Shown: one piece after another, positions 46,581 through 56,433 of the stretch
Position numbering within the stretch: the first letter of the stretch is position 1
How the letters are laid out: the number at the start of each line of letters is the position of its first letter
DNA from: an uncultured Sulfurimonas sp.
Lineage (GTDB): Bacteria; Campylobacterota; Campylobacteria; Campylobacterales; Sulfurimonadaceae
Assembly (NCBI GenBank): GCA_964481625.1
Contig: CAYZUN010000001.1
Coordinates: 1 to 58,255, forward strand
Direction: 5' to 3'
Length of the DNA stretch: 58,255 bases
Notes under the pieces: generated by a model
Databases searched by the model: none
What the model saw: the letters and a program-made list of their open reading frames with translations, nothing else
What the model was told of the DNA's origin: nothing
Program-made: the position numbers and the translations under genes

Positions 46581-49175
46581 ATGAATCATAGTTTAAATAA
46601 ACTTTCAACTTTAGTTCTTGGTTCTGCAATCGCTGCGACAACAGCGTTTAGCGCAGGTACTTTAGAGAAGGTAATGAAGGAACGTGGCTTAACTGAGACT
46701 GATGTCATTCGTGCTGCTAAAACTTACATGCCTACCGGTGGTCGTGACGAGTATGTAGTATTTAGTTCGGGCGGACAATCAGGTCAAGTAATCGTTTACG
46801 GTGTTCCGTCAATGAGAATTTTGAAATATATTGCCGTATTTACACCAGAGCCGTGGCAAGGTTACGGTTATGATGTAGATAGTCTTGCAGTCTTACGCCA
46901 AGGTAACATTCGCGGACGTGAAATTAACTGGGGAGATACGCATCACCCGGCACTTTCAGAAGTAGACGGAAAATATGATGGTAAATGGCTTATTATTAAT
47001 GATAAAGCCAATCCACGTCTTGGAGTAATTGACTTGCACGATTTTGAGACAAAACAGATTGTTGTCAATCCAGTTTTTAAATCAGCGCACGGTGGCGCTT
47101 TCTTTACTCAAAACAGTGACTATATTATAGAAGCTGCGCAATATGCAGCACCGTTTGATAACAATTATCATCCGATTGAAGACTATAAAGAGAGTTACCG
47201 TGGTGGAGTGACCATGTGGAAATTTGATTCTAAAATAGGTCGGATTATTGAAGATGAAACGTTTACAATTGAGATGCCTCCTTACATGCAGGATTTGAGT
47301 GATGCGGGTAAAGCTGTTTCTGATGGTTGGGGATTCACTAACTCATTTAACACCGAGATGTACACGGGTGGTATTGAAGTAGGTATGCCGCCAAATGAAG
47401 CGGGTATGTCCCGTAACGATACTGACTTTTTACATGTATATAACTGGAAAAAGTTAGCTGAAGTGGCTAAGAATAAGAAAAATGTAAAAATCATTAATGG
47501 TCACAAGGTCATTCCGATGGACGTTGCTATTAAAAATGATGCACTTTTCTTAATTCCAGAGCCAAAATCGCCACACGGCGTTGATGTCTCTCCAGATGGT
47601 GAGTACATTACCGTTTGTGGTAAGTTAGATACGCATGCTTCTGTTTTTAGTTTCTCAAAAATTATGAAACTGATTAAAGCTAAAGAATATGTGGGCAGAG
47701 ATCCTTACGGGATTCCTATCTTAGATATGAAAAAATCACTTCATGGACAGGTTGAACTAGGTCTGGGGCCATTGCATAATCAATATTCGCCAGTTGACGG
47801 TGAAATCTATACATCACTGTATGTTGATTCACAAGTTGTTAAATGGAACTACAAAACTTTAAAAGTAATTGATAAAGTAAATGTTCACTATAACATCGGT
47901 CACCTTTGTGGTATGGAAGGTAAGTCAGCAGATCCTCAGGGTGATTACATCATTGCACTTAATAAACTCTCAATCGATCGTTTCCAACCTGTTGGTCCGC
48001 TTCACCCGCAAAATCATCAGTTAATTGATATTCGTGGTAAAAAAATGGACTTATTGGTAGATATGCCGCTTCCATTGGGTGAACCTCACCAAGCCGTAGC
48101 AATTCGCGCTAGTAAACTACATCCACATGTACGTTACAAAATTGGTACCAACTCTAGAACGGGTAAAATCCATGAAGGTAAAACGCTTGCGGGTCAAGAG
48201 CGTATTGAGCGTAATGGAAACAAAGTAGTTGTATATGCTACTATGGTTCGTTCACACATTAACCCTGAACGTATTACGGTAAATAAAGGTGATGAAGTCA
48301 CAATTTACCTGACAAATCTTGAACGTGCTCAAGATGAGACTCACGGTTTTACAGTTGACCATTATGATGTACATGCATCATTAGAACCGGGTGAAACAAC
48401 TACAATTAGATTTATTGCAGACATTGAAGGGGTTTTCCCTTATTACTGCACTGAATTTTGTTCAGCACTTCACTTAGAGATGATGGGTTACTTAATGGTT
48501 AAAGATCCTAACAAAAAATATGTTAGTGCTCAAAAACTTAAAATGAAAACAATGACACCTGAGCAGTTAAAAGCTGAGTATGACAAAACGGTTGCTGTCA
48601 ATGATGCTACAGATGCAGTTATTCAAAGTGTTGTTAAATTCTTAAAAGAGAATAATTTTGATAAGTATCCGATAGTTGCAGACCTGGTAACGGATGCATT
48701 TGATCAATACGGTAAAATTCCTGCACAGAAAAAACTATCAGATAAAGCAGTAAAATCCGGAGATATGGAAAAAGCGATTCTTTTTGAAAATATGATTTGG
48801 CAACTTATGGTTAAGACCGCAGATGTTGGTATTCGTGCAAAAGATACACTGGTGTCTAAAATTGCTACACCAAAAGGTGCAGCAGCAGAGCGTGGAGCAC
48901 TTGCCTTTGATGAAGGTGGTTGTTCTGGTTGTCATGTGGTTGGTAAAGTAAGTTCAGGACCTGATTTAACTGGTGTACTGCAGCGCCACGAAAATGCGGA
49001 AAAATGGGTAAAAGATTTCATTATGAAACCTGAGGCAATGTATGATGACCCTTATGTTAAATCTATGATTGAGTACTTCAACTTAAAAATGCCAAATCAA
49101 GGTATGAGCGAAGCGGAGACATTGGATATGATTGAATATTTCAAATGGATCGACGAAAACGCAAACCTTTTCTAG
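46581..49175 (+). CDS. nosZ: Clade II nitrous oxide reductase with C-terminal monohaem cytochrome c domain (cNosZ), Sec-type signal peptide
   Basis: 864 aa from the ATG at 46581 (RBS AGGAGAAG 5 nt upstream; the ORF-track start at 46470 adds an implausible leader). CuA motif CTEFCSALHLEMMGY, seven-bladed propeller His-rich region, C-terminal CSGCH haem site. No twin-arginine motif in the signal peptide. Confidence 0.95.
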   Translation: MNHSLNKLSTLVLGSAIAATTAFSAGTLEKVMKERGLTETDVIRAAKTYMPTGGRDEYVVFSSGGQSGQVIVYGVPSMRILKYIAVFTPEPWQGYGYDVDSLAVLRQGNIRGREINWGDTHHPALSEVDGKYDGKWLIINDKANPRLGVIDLHDFETKQIVVNPVFKSAHGGAFFTQNSDYIIEAAQYAAPFDNNYHPIEDYKESYRGGVTMWKFDSKIGRIIEDETFTIEMPPYMQDLSDAGKAVSDGWGFTNSFNTEMYTGGIEVGMPPNEAGMSRNDTDFLHVYNWKKLAEVAKNKKNVKIINGHKVIPMDVAIKNDALFLIPEPKSPHGVDVSPDGEYITVCGKLDTHASVFSFSKIMKLIKAKEYVGRDPYGIPILDMKKSLHGQVELGLGPLHNQYSPVDGEIYTSLYVDSQVVKWNYKTLKVIDKVNVHYNIGHLCGMEGKSADPQGDYIIALNKLSIDRFQPVGPLHPQNHQLIDIRGKKMDLLVDMPLPLGEPHQAVAIRASKLHPHVRYKIGTNSRTGKIHEGKTLAGQERIERNGNKVVVYATMVRSHINPERITVNKGDEVTIYLTNLERAQDETHGFTVDHYDVHASLEPGETTTIRFIADIEGVFPYYCTEFCSALHLEMMGYLMVKDPNKKYVSAQKLKMKTMTPEQLKAEYDKTVAVNDATDAVIQSVVKFLKENNFDKYPIVADLVTDAFDQYGKIPAQKKLSDKAVKSGDMEKAILFENMIWQLMVKTADVGIRAKDTLVSKIATPKGAAAERGALAFDEGGCSGCHVVGKVSSGPDLTGVLQRHENAEKWVKDFIMKPEAMYDDPYVKSMIEYFNLKMPNQGMSEAETLDMIEYFKWIDENANLF

Positions 49176-49188
49176 GCACTTTCATTTC

Positions 49189-49215
49189 AAACACAAGAGC
49201 GTTTCTCTTGTGTTT
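49189..49215 (+). terminator. Stem-loop after nosZ (AAACACAAGAG-CGUUU-CUCUUGUGUUU) followed by U; likely a partial terminator or attenuator
   Basis: 11-bp perfect stem (49189-49199 / 49205-49215), read by hand. The U-rich 3' arm runs into UUUUG. Confidence 0.5.
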
Positions 49216-49331
49216 TGATATCAATCAATTTATTAGTTACTAAAGTAAGTTATACTTCTTTGTATCATAAAATTTATTTATGAAATAGTTAAGTACATTT
49301 TATATGTAAAGTTTATTGAAGAGGAGATACT

Positions 49332-50114
49332 ATGCATCCAAGTTTTCTAAAGTCAAAAATATTCGCAAGTGTTGCATTGATTATTTTATCAGTGGCGTTT
49401 ATATTTCCTATGGTTGTATTTCATGGGACACTCAATAAAGTTCATGAAGATAGAATTGATGAGATTTCACCCTTTACTGCAAAGGTATGGAATATGTACT
49501 CACAGGGACGTTACATTAGTACGACAACCCCTCAAGCAGCTCATAATAATCTGATGCAGATGATTGAACACTCTGCAGAACTTGGTGTGGCCTCGTTGCC
49601 GCTTTGGGCGGTATCACTCGAAGCGCCTAACTATCCAAAAGAGGCGTTTCCCGAAGGAATTCCGGTGTTTTTTCACTTTGATGGTTATAGTGGTGAAGTT
49701 CATGAGATGAATACAATCAATCACTACGTGGGAATGGATCCGATGTGGGTTGGTGGTACCTTTGAGCGTGAAATTGCTATTTATGCTCTACTGCTTTTGA
49801 GTTTAGGTATGATCTATTTCATAGCCTTCAATCAAAAAATATGGAGTTATGTAATGCTAGTACCGGCAGCACTGCCGGTACTATTTATAGCAGATTATTC
49901 CTATTGGCTCTACTGGTTTGGTCATAATCTTCATGATTGGGGTGCATTTAAAATTAAACCTTTTATGCCGACAGTTTTTGGTGATGGAAAGATTGCACAG
50001 TTTACAACACACTCGTACCCGACTATTGGATTTTACTTACTGCTAGTTATTGCTCTGTTTTCACTTTTAGCAATTTTAGCGCGAAGTAAGGCAATTAAAG
50101 AGTCCGGGGAGTAG
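49332..50114 (+). CDS. nosB: NosB membrane protein (clade II nos clusters)
   Basis: 260 aa, multi-TM. Located directly after nosZ as in the Wolinella succinogenes cluster. Called from position and topology only. Confidence 0.7.
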   Translation: MHPSFLKSKIFASVALIILSVAFIFPMVVFHGTLNKVHEDRIDEISPFTAKVWNMYSQGRYISTTTPQAAHNNLMQMIEHSAELGVASLPLWAVSLEAPNYPKEAFPEGIPVFFHFDGYSGEVHEMNTINHYVGMDPMWVGGTFEREIAIYALLLLSLGMIYFIAFNQKIWSYVMLVPAALPVLFIADYSYWLYWFGHNLHDWGAFKIKPFMPTVFGDGKIAQFTTHSYPTIGFYLLLVIALFSLLAILARSKAIKESGE

Positions 50115-50123
50115 GTACGACAG

Positions 50124-51341
50124 ATGATTATTAGAGCCTTTCTTACCTTTTTAATTTTACATGTAATTTTAGAAGCTTCAGTGCTACAAGATGCTATTGA
50201 TAGTGCTGATGAAGGCTCAATTATTCGTCTTAAAGCAGGGATCTATAAGGGCTCAATAAATATTACTAAACCCATTACTATACTTGGCACTGAAAAAGGT
50301 GTCATTATTGACGGTGAGGGTAACGGAACTATTGTTACCATTAAAAGCTCTTACGTTACACTCAAAAATCTTACATTGAGAAATAGTGGTTCTCGTCATG
50401 ATAAACTCGATGCTGCCATTTTAATGTTAGAAGCTAAGCAGTGTGAAGTGAGTGACTGCATCATTGAAGATGCTCTTTTTGGTATTGATATGCAGATGGT
50501 GAATAATTCCATAATTGCAAATAATACGATCTCATCAAAAGATTATGACCTTGGACTTCGAGGTGATGGTCTGCGTCTATGGTATAGCAACGATAATATT
50601 ATTCGAAAAAATTCACTTATTAAATCGCGTGATATGGTTGTTTGGTATTCACACGGTAATTTGATTGAAGAGAATTTCGGTGAGTATTGTCGTTATTCAC
50701 TGCATTTTATGTATGCCGGTAAGAATTATGTCAAAAATAATACCTTTCAGTTTAATTCGGTAGGTATCTTCTTTATGTACTCAAAAGATACTATTGCAAC
50801 AGGCAATGTTATTAAAAGCTCATTAGGTGCTACAGGTATGGGTATTGGACTTAAAGATGTTTCAAATTTTACACTAAAGAACAATACGGTACTTTACAAT
50901 GCCCAAGGCATATACATTGACCGTTCACCTTTTGAGCCTGATACGAATAATTTTATTCATAATAATAAAATACTCTATAATGCAGAAGCCTTGCATTTTC
51001 ATTCACTTAGTGAAAACAATATAATAAAAGACAATACTATTCTAGGTAATATTGAAGATATTGTTAACGATTCTCGTGGAAGTAAAACCTATAAGAATGA
51101 GTTTGTGGGTAACTACTGGGATAGTTATGAGGGATTTGATAGAGATGGTGACAATATTGGCGATACACCGCATAAAGTATTTCAATATGCTGATAAACTC
51201 TGGCTGTACAATCCGGAGGTAAAGTTTTTTTACGGATCACCGGTGATTTCACTGCTAAACTTTTTAGCAAAACTGGCTCCATTTTCAGAGCCGGTATTTT
51301 TGCTTGAAGATAAAAAGCCTAGATTGAAAGAAGAGGTATAG
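50124..51341 (+). CDS. nosD: NosD periplasmic beta-helix copper-maturation protein
   Basis: 405 aa. N-terminus LQDAIDSADEGSIIRLKAGIYKGSINITKPITILG and repeated parallel beta-helix (N-x-I) repeats. Confidence 0.88.
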   Translation: MIIRAFLTFLILHVILEASVLQDAIDSADEGSIIRLKAGIYKGSINITKPITILGTEKGVIIDGEGNGTIVTIKSSYVTLKNLTLRNSGSRHDKLDAAILMLEAKQCEVSDCIIEDALFGIDMQMVNNSIIANNTISSKDYDLGLRGDGLRLWYSNDNIIRKNSLIKSRDMVVWYSHGNLIEENFGEYCRYSLHFMYAGKNYVKNNTFQFNSVGIFFMYSKDTIATGNVIKSSLGATGMGIGLKDVSNFTLKNNTVLYNAQGIYIDRSPFEPDTNNFIHNNKILYNAEALHFHSLSENNIIKDNTILGNIEDIVNDSRGSKTYKNEFVGNYWDSYEGFDRDGDNIGDTPHKVFQYADKLWLYNPEVKFFYGSPVISLLNFLAKLAPFSEPVFLLEDKKPRLKEEV

Positions 51342-51343
51342 TC

Positions 51344-52087
51344 ATGAGTGAAACAATAAAAAAAGAGCGACGACAGTTTATTCAATGGACAACACTAGGT
51401 GCCTTAGCTGTCTTTATGGGTGTTGGTATTGTTGGAGCACCTTATTTAAATGGAGTAGAAACGCGTCTTAGACCTCCTGGAGCTCCGGGTGAAAAAGAAT
51501 TTTTAGCACTGTGTATTAAATGCGGGCAGTGTCTGCAAGTGTGTCCCTATCACTCCATTAAATTAGCAGACATTGGTAAAGGTTATGGTATTGGAACACC
51601 GTATATTGATGCAAGAGAACGTGGCTGTTACGCGTGTGAAGCAGTTCCGTGCGTACTTGCGTGTCCAAGTGGTGCTTTAGATCATGCTACGGAAAAAGCT
51701 ATTGATATTAAGATGGGTATTGCTGTATTAGAGTTTGCTAATACATGTATTGCTATGAAAAATGAGCCGGTACCTAAGGGACACTCAATCAGAATGCATG
51801 AATTTATTGATAGTCAGATTAACGTAACACAGCTGGAGCGTGATGTATTAGAAAAATTTGATGCATTTGAAGGCAAGCAATGTACATTATGTGCGGATAT
51901 GTGCCCAATGCCAAATCCGCTTAGTGCCATTGCTATGGTGCCTGATGCTAATGGTGGAAAACGTCCAGAAATTTATGATGGTTGTACGGGCTGTGGAGTT
52001 TGTGAAGAGGTCTGCCCAGTGAGCCAACCCTCTATTGTAGTAAAAAAAAATTTAACCTATGAAGAGTATTATGAAAAAGGAGTGTGA
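51344..52087 (+). CDS. nosG: NosG, NapG-like periplasmic polyferredoxin (Tat signal)
   Basis: 247 aa. Twin-arginine ERRQFIQW. Four Cys clusters: CIKCGQCLQVCP, CYACEAVPCVLACP, CTLCADMCP, CTGCGVCEEVCP. Confidence 0.88.
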   Translation: MSETIKKERRQFIQWTTLGALAVFMGVGIVGAPYLNGVETRLRPPGAPGEKEFLALCIKCGQCLQVCPYHSIKLADIGKGYGIGTPYIDARERGCYACEAVPCVLACPSGALDHATEKAIDIKMGIAVLEFANTCIAMKNEPVPKGHSIRMHEFIDSQINVTQLERDVLEKFDAFEGKQCTLCADMCPMPNPLSAIAMVPDANGGKRPEIYDGCTGCGVCEEVCPVSQPSIVVKKNLTYEEYYEKGV

Positions 52088-52644
52088 CTATGAGATTAGC
52101 AACAGTAAGTTTAGCAGCGGTATTATTATTGGCGGGATGTTCTGAAACAAAAGAAAAATCTGAAGGTGCTTCAAGTGAAGTGGCTGGAGGTATTGAAATT
52201 GTTAAAAATGAGGATGCTTTTAAAGATAAGGTAGAAGTCAAAAAAAGTGATGATAAAAGTAATCAAAAATATTATTACGATTACAATAATGACAAAAGTG
52301 TCAATAAAGATAAAACCTATACGAAAATGGATGCTAACTTAAGAGTGAGAAGCCCTTACGAACAAGTTGAAATAGAGTTGTTGGTCAATAAACTCAGTAA
52401 AAAGTTTATTGTTAAATGTTCTGCATGTCATAACGATTATGCCAACGGTATTATTGGACCATCACTTTTAGACAAAGATGCAACATTTATTGCAGGAACT
52501 ATTGCTAAATATAAAACAGGTGAGAAAGAAAATGTTTTAATGACGGCATTAGTGAAGCAGATGAGTGATGAAGAGATTCAAACGTTGGCCAATGAGATTG
52601 CAACATTTAATAAAGAGATAGCAGCGCTAAGAGGAAGAAAATAG
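52084..52644 (+). CDS. nosC1: NosC1 monohaem cytochrome c lipoprotein
   Basis: 186 aa. Lipobox LLAGC and haem motif CSACH. Confidence 0.8.
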   Translation: MTMRLATVSLAAVLLLAGCSETKEKSEGASSEVAGGIEIVKNEDAFKDKVEVKKSDDKSNQKYYYDYNNDKSVNKDKTYTKMDANLRVRSPYEQVEIELLVNKLSKKFIVKCSACHNDYANGIIGPSLLDKDATFIAGTIAKYKTGEKENVLMTALVKQMSDEEIQTLANEIATFNKEIAALRGRK

Positions 52645-53123
52645 TGAAAAATATTATTGTAGCACTATTAACCGTAATTATTATTGGATTGATGGCATAC
52701 ACTGCCTCCCAAGGTGGTGCATATCATGGCGGTGAAGCAGGTAAAGTTATTGAAGATATGGGAAGTAAAATGGCAGCTGCAACTATGGATGCCCCTAAAG
52801 CAAAAGATGACAGAAAAATTGAGGAAGATAAACTCAAAGCACTTCGCGACAAAGCGGGTAATATTGGTAGGTTTAAAGTCTCTCAAAGCTATAAAATAAA
52901 ATGTGCATCGTGTCACGGTATGAATGGCGAGGGAATTATTGGTCCAAAACTGATTGGTCTTGAATCTGATGCAGTGTATCAAATGTTACTAGATTATAAA
53001 TCGGGACGTAAAGAGAACCTTGTTATGAAAGGTCTGCTCATTAAACTTAGTGAAGAAGATTTACGTGAGTATGCAGATGAGATTGGTGAGTTTGAACAAA
53101 GAGCAGCAGCACTACAAGAATAG
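52644..53123 (+). CDS. nosC2: NosC2 monohaem cytochrome c
   Basis: 159 aa. N-terminal anchor and haem motif CASCH. The C-terminal half is paralogous to NosC1 (..NGEGIIGPKL.. vs ..ANGIIGPSL..). Confidence 0.8.
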   Translation: MKNIIVALLTVIIIGLMAYTASQGGAYHGGEAGKVIEDMGSKMAAATMDAPKAKDDRKIEEDKLKALRDKAGNIGRFKVSQSYKIKCASCHGMNGEGIIGPKLIGLESDAVYQMLLDYKSGRKENLVMKGLLIKLSEEDLREYADEIGEFEQRAAALQE

Positions 53124-53135
53124 TCGGAGTGAGTC

Positions 53136-54041
53136 ATGGATAAGTATAACAGCAGAGCGACGATTAAGAATACGACCTTTTTATCTACATTTACGGATAA
53201 AACAAGAGAAGGTAAAACAAAGCTAAGCTATAGAACTAAGCGATGGGTTATGGTTATTGCAATGCACCTGCTATTTTTTCTTTCGTTTAATATTGATATT
53301 CAGATACTTGAAGGAACGTTAACCGGATCACGTTTTTTAGGCTTTCACCTTATTGATATTTTTGCAACGATGCAGCTTTTTTTAGCAACACATCAGCTTC
53401 CGGTCAACATGATTATTGGAACGGTTACGATTATTGTGGTCTACATTATTATTGGCGGACGAACCTATTGTGCCTGGGTCTGCCCTTACGGGCTTTTGAG
53501 TGAGATTGGTGAGAAAATACATAACACTTTAGTAGATAAAAAGATTATTAAAGAGCATGAGTTCGACCATAGAGTCCGTTATGTTTTTTGGGGAATTTTC
53601 TTAGTCTTAGCATTTACAAGCGGTTATTTGGTATTTGAGATTTTTAATGTTGTTGGAATACTAAGTCGGTTTATTGCTTATGGCTGGAGTGTGGCGCTGA
53701 CATGGGTTTTTGCTGTTTTAGTTGTAGAAATCTTTTTCTCAAGACGTGCATGGTGCCGTTATGTCTGTCCATTGGGAACTACCTATGGGTTAATGGGGCC
53801 ACTTAGTGCAACACGTATTGAGTGGAATGACAATTGTGATCACTGTATGGTCTGTCATGATGTCTGTTTTGAAAATCAGGTATTAGAACTGACCAAAGCA
53901 AAATATGATAAAGAGCGTGAGGAGCAGGGTATTAAAACACAATTTGTTACCGGTGCGGATTGTACTTTATGTGGACGCTGTATTGATGTCTGTCATGAAG
54001 ATGCACTCAATTTTGAATTTAGACTAAAGTCGTTGGTATGA
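53136..54041 (+). CDS. nosH: NosH, NapH-like membrane-bound iron-sulfur quinol dehydrogenase subunit
   Basis: 301 aa. 4 TM with CAWVCPYG and CRYVCPLG motifs, then two ferredoxin motifs CDHCMVCHDVC and CTLCGRCIDVC. Confidence 0.88.
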   Translation: MDKYNSRATIKNTTFLSTFTDKTREGKTKLSYRTKRWVMVIAMHLLFFLSFNIDIQILEGTLTGSRFLGFHLIDIFATMQLFLATHQLPVNMIIGTVTIIVVYIIIGGRTYCAWVCPYGLLSEIGEKIHNTLVDKKIIKEHEFDHRVRYVFWGIFLVLAFTSGYLVFEIFNVVGILSRFIAYGWSVALTWVFAVLVVEIFFSRRAWCRYVCPLGTTYGLMGPLSATRIEWNDNCDHCMVCHDVCFENQVLELTKAKYDKEREEQGIKTQFVTGADCTLCGRCIDVCHEDALNFEFRLKSLV

Positions 54042-54676
54042 TTGAAGTTACTAATTTAACGAAAAAATTTGGTAAAACCATCTCGCTGAACAATGTTTCC
54101 ATCAATTTTAATAAAAATGATGCCATAGCACTTATGGGTGCTAATGGTGCGGGAAAAACAACACTGATTCGTCTGATTTTAGGTTATTACCATCCTAACA
54201 GTGGTCAAGTGCGTATTAATGGGCTTGACCCTATTAAAGATCGAATAGATATTTTAAAGCATGTCAGTTTTGTACCGCAGCTTCCGCCTCCAATAAAACT
54301 TAGTTTAAATGAACTTATTTCGTACATTTGTAAAAGCTCAGGAGTTGATCAAAACCTGATTTATCACTATGCCAATGAAATGAAGCTTGACATAAACCCC
54401 AATCTTAATAAATCATTTTTTAAGCTCTCAGGTGGAATGAAACAGAAGCTTCTTATTGCTATCTCATTGGCAAAACAGAGTGATATAATAATCTATGATG
54501 AGCCCACAGCCAATCTTGACCCCAAAGCTAGAAATGACTTTTACCGACTTTTAAAAGAAAATGAAAAAGACAAGCTGGCACTTTTTGTGACGCACCGAAT
54601 TGAAGAGGTTAAAGAGATTGTCAATCGTCAAGTCTATATGGACTTAGGAGAAGTGGTATCTGATGAAATATTTTAA
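54038..54676 (+). CDS. nosF: NosF ABC transporter ATPase
   Basis: 212 aa. Walker A GANGAGKTT, signature LSGGMKQK, Walker B IIIYDEP. Confidence 0.88.
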   Translation: MIEVTNLTKKFGKTISLNNVSINFNKNDAIALMGANGAGKTTLIRLILGYYHPNSGQVRINGLDPIKDRIDILKHVSFVPQLPPPIKLSLNELISYICKSSGVDQNLIYHYANEMKLDINPNLNKSFFKLSGGMKQKLLIAISLAKQSDIIIYDEPTANLDPKARNDFYRLLKENEKDKLALFVTHRIEEVKEIVNRQVYMDLGEVVSDEIF

Positions 54677-55130
54677 GCAGATTTTTTTAACTATTGGTGT
54701 ACTGTTGAGTTTTAGTGCTTGTGAACGTGAAGTCTCAACAGAGCTTAAAAAAGTACACTGGGATCGTGACATGTGTGAACGTTGCAAGATGGTGGTGAGT
54801 GATAGGACTCATGCCGTTCAAGTCATTAATATGAAAACAGGGCGCAGTTACATGTTTGATGATATTGGCTGTACGATTTTATGGTTTGATGATGAGAAGA
54901 TTGAATGGGCACCGCAAGCTAAAATCTGGATTACCGATGTTGTTACGGGTAAGTGGACTGATGCACGAACCGCTCTGTATGATACCAACAATATCACACC
55001 GATGGCGTATGGCTTTGCTGCACATGAGAATAACAGTACGATTAAAGTGGGTGAAGAAATTCTTGATTTCACAGAAATTACGCGACGTATTTTTGAAATT
55101 GAAGAAAAGAAAAATAGGAAAGCATATTGA
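54663..55130 (+). CDS. nosL: NosL copper-chaperone lipoprotein
   Basis: 155 aa. Lipobox FSAC. CERCKMVV (C-x-x-C-x-M), FDDIGC and PMAYGFAAH motifs of the NosL family. Confidence 0.8.
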   Translation: MKYFKQIFLTIGVLLSFSACEREVSTELKKVHWDRDMCERCKMVVSDRTHAVQVINMKTGRSYMFDDIGCTILWFDDEKIEWAPQAKIWITDVVTGKWTDARTALYDTNNITPMAYGFAAHENNSTIKVGEEILDFTEITRRIFEIEEKKNRKAY

Positions 55131-55954
55131 AAAATTTACTTTTAATAGCATATCTTGACCTAAAAGAGTCAATTCGAGCAAATTGGTTTATTGTTTATTC
55201 TCTAGTATTTGGCGGGTTAATTGCACTCTTTTTTATTGCAGGAATTACCGAATCTCAAGTGATGGGCTTTAGTGGCTTGAGTAGATTGTTGCTTATGTAT
55301 ATTCAAGTTACCGTTATTATTTTGCCGATATTTATTCTCATCACTACGGTACGTTCCATTTCAGGTGATCGTGACAGTCATATTTTAGAGTATATGCTCT
55401 CGTTTCCAATTTCATTGAAACAGTATTATTGGGGTAAGGTTTTTGGACGATTTATTACAGTATTTTTACCTGTATTTATGGCTATGTTCTTTGCAATAAT
55501 TTACGGTGTCTTTAAAGATGCTTCTGTACCTTGGGATATTTTCTTTCTCTACACCGGTCTACTGTTTTCGATGAGTTCAGCATTTTTAGGGATTGCTTTT
55601 TTTATCTCTTCAATTGTGAAATCATCAGAAATGGCATTGGGAATCTCATTTTTTGTATGGATTTTTTTACTTGCCTTTATTGATATTGCGCTAATCAGTC
55701 TGATGCTTCAAAATAGAATGAGTGAAGAGCTAATCATTAGTATCGCACTGCTTAATCCGATGGAAGTATTTAGAGTTGCAGCTATCAGTCTGTTTGACCC
55801 GGAACTCACCGTAATGGGACCCGTAGCATTTTACATACTCGATCTGTTTTCTCAAGGTATGTTTATTTTCCTTTCAATACTCTACCCCATAATAATTGGC
55901 GTAGTGTTTGCATACTTTGGTTATGCTATATTTAGTAAGAAAGATTTAGTTTAA
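55127..55954 (+). CDS. nosY: NosY ABC-2 type permease
   Basis: 275 aa, 6 TM. Overlaps the upstream gene by 4 nt. The position and topology are those of NosY. Confidence 0.82.
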   Translation: MKNLLLIAYLDLKESIRANWFIVYSLVFGGLIALFFIAGITESQVMGFSGLSRLLLMYIQVTVIILPIFILITTVRSISGDRDSHILEYMLSFPISLKQYYWGKVFGRFITVFLPVFMAMFFAIIYGVFKDASVPWDIFFLYTGLLFSMSSAFLGIAFFISSIVKSSEMALGISFFVWIFLLAFIDIALISLMLQNRMSEELIISIALLNPMEVFRVAAISLFDPELTVMGPVAFYILDLFSQGMFIFLSILYPIIIGVVFAYFGYAIFSKKDLV

Positions 55955-55959
55955 GGACA

Positions 55960-56433
55960 ATGATGAAAAAAATACTACTATTGAGCGTGTTTATACTCTC
56001 ACTGCTTCATGCACAAAATATTAAAGTTGACAAAGATGCATTATGTTTAATCCGCAAGGTTAAAGTCTACAAAGAGCCGCGATGGGTTGCAAAAGTAGTA
56101 ACAATTCAAGATAAATCGGTCTATTTAAGTAGTCCAAAATCGATGTTTGAGTATATATTTACAGCATCTCGCTGGCCGGAACTCGGCGCACTGAATATTG
56201 ATGATATGAAAAGTATTCAAGTAACTGACTTTAAAACACTTGATGCTATTGATGCAAAAACTGCCTATTATGTCTATGGAAGCAATCAAACCTCACCTGG
56301 CGGTGATGACTTAGTTCCTTTTGCAACTAAAGCCGAGGCCGAGGCCTATATGAAGAGCAATAACGGAAAACGAATATTACGTTTTTCTGAGATTAAAATT
56401 AGTCTTATTAATCTTATTAATGGTCGTATTTAA
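55960..56433 (+). CDS. Second NosL-family protein (lacks the C-x-x-C-x-M motif)
   Basis: 157 aa. Signal peptide. SPKSMFEY..., YYVYGSNQTSPGGDDLVPFATKAEAEAYMKSNNGKRILRFSEI resembles the NosL C-terminal half. Confidence 0.6.
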   Translation: MMKKILLLSVFILSLLHAQNIKVDKDALCLIRKVKVYKEPRWVAKVVTIQDKSVYLSSPKSMFEYIFTASRWPELGALNIDDMKSIQVTDFKTLDAIDAKTAYYVYGSNQTSPGGDDLVPFATKAEAEAYMKSNNGKRILRFSEIKISLINLINGRI

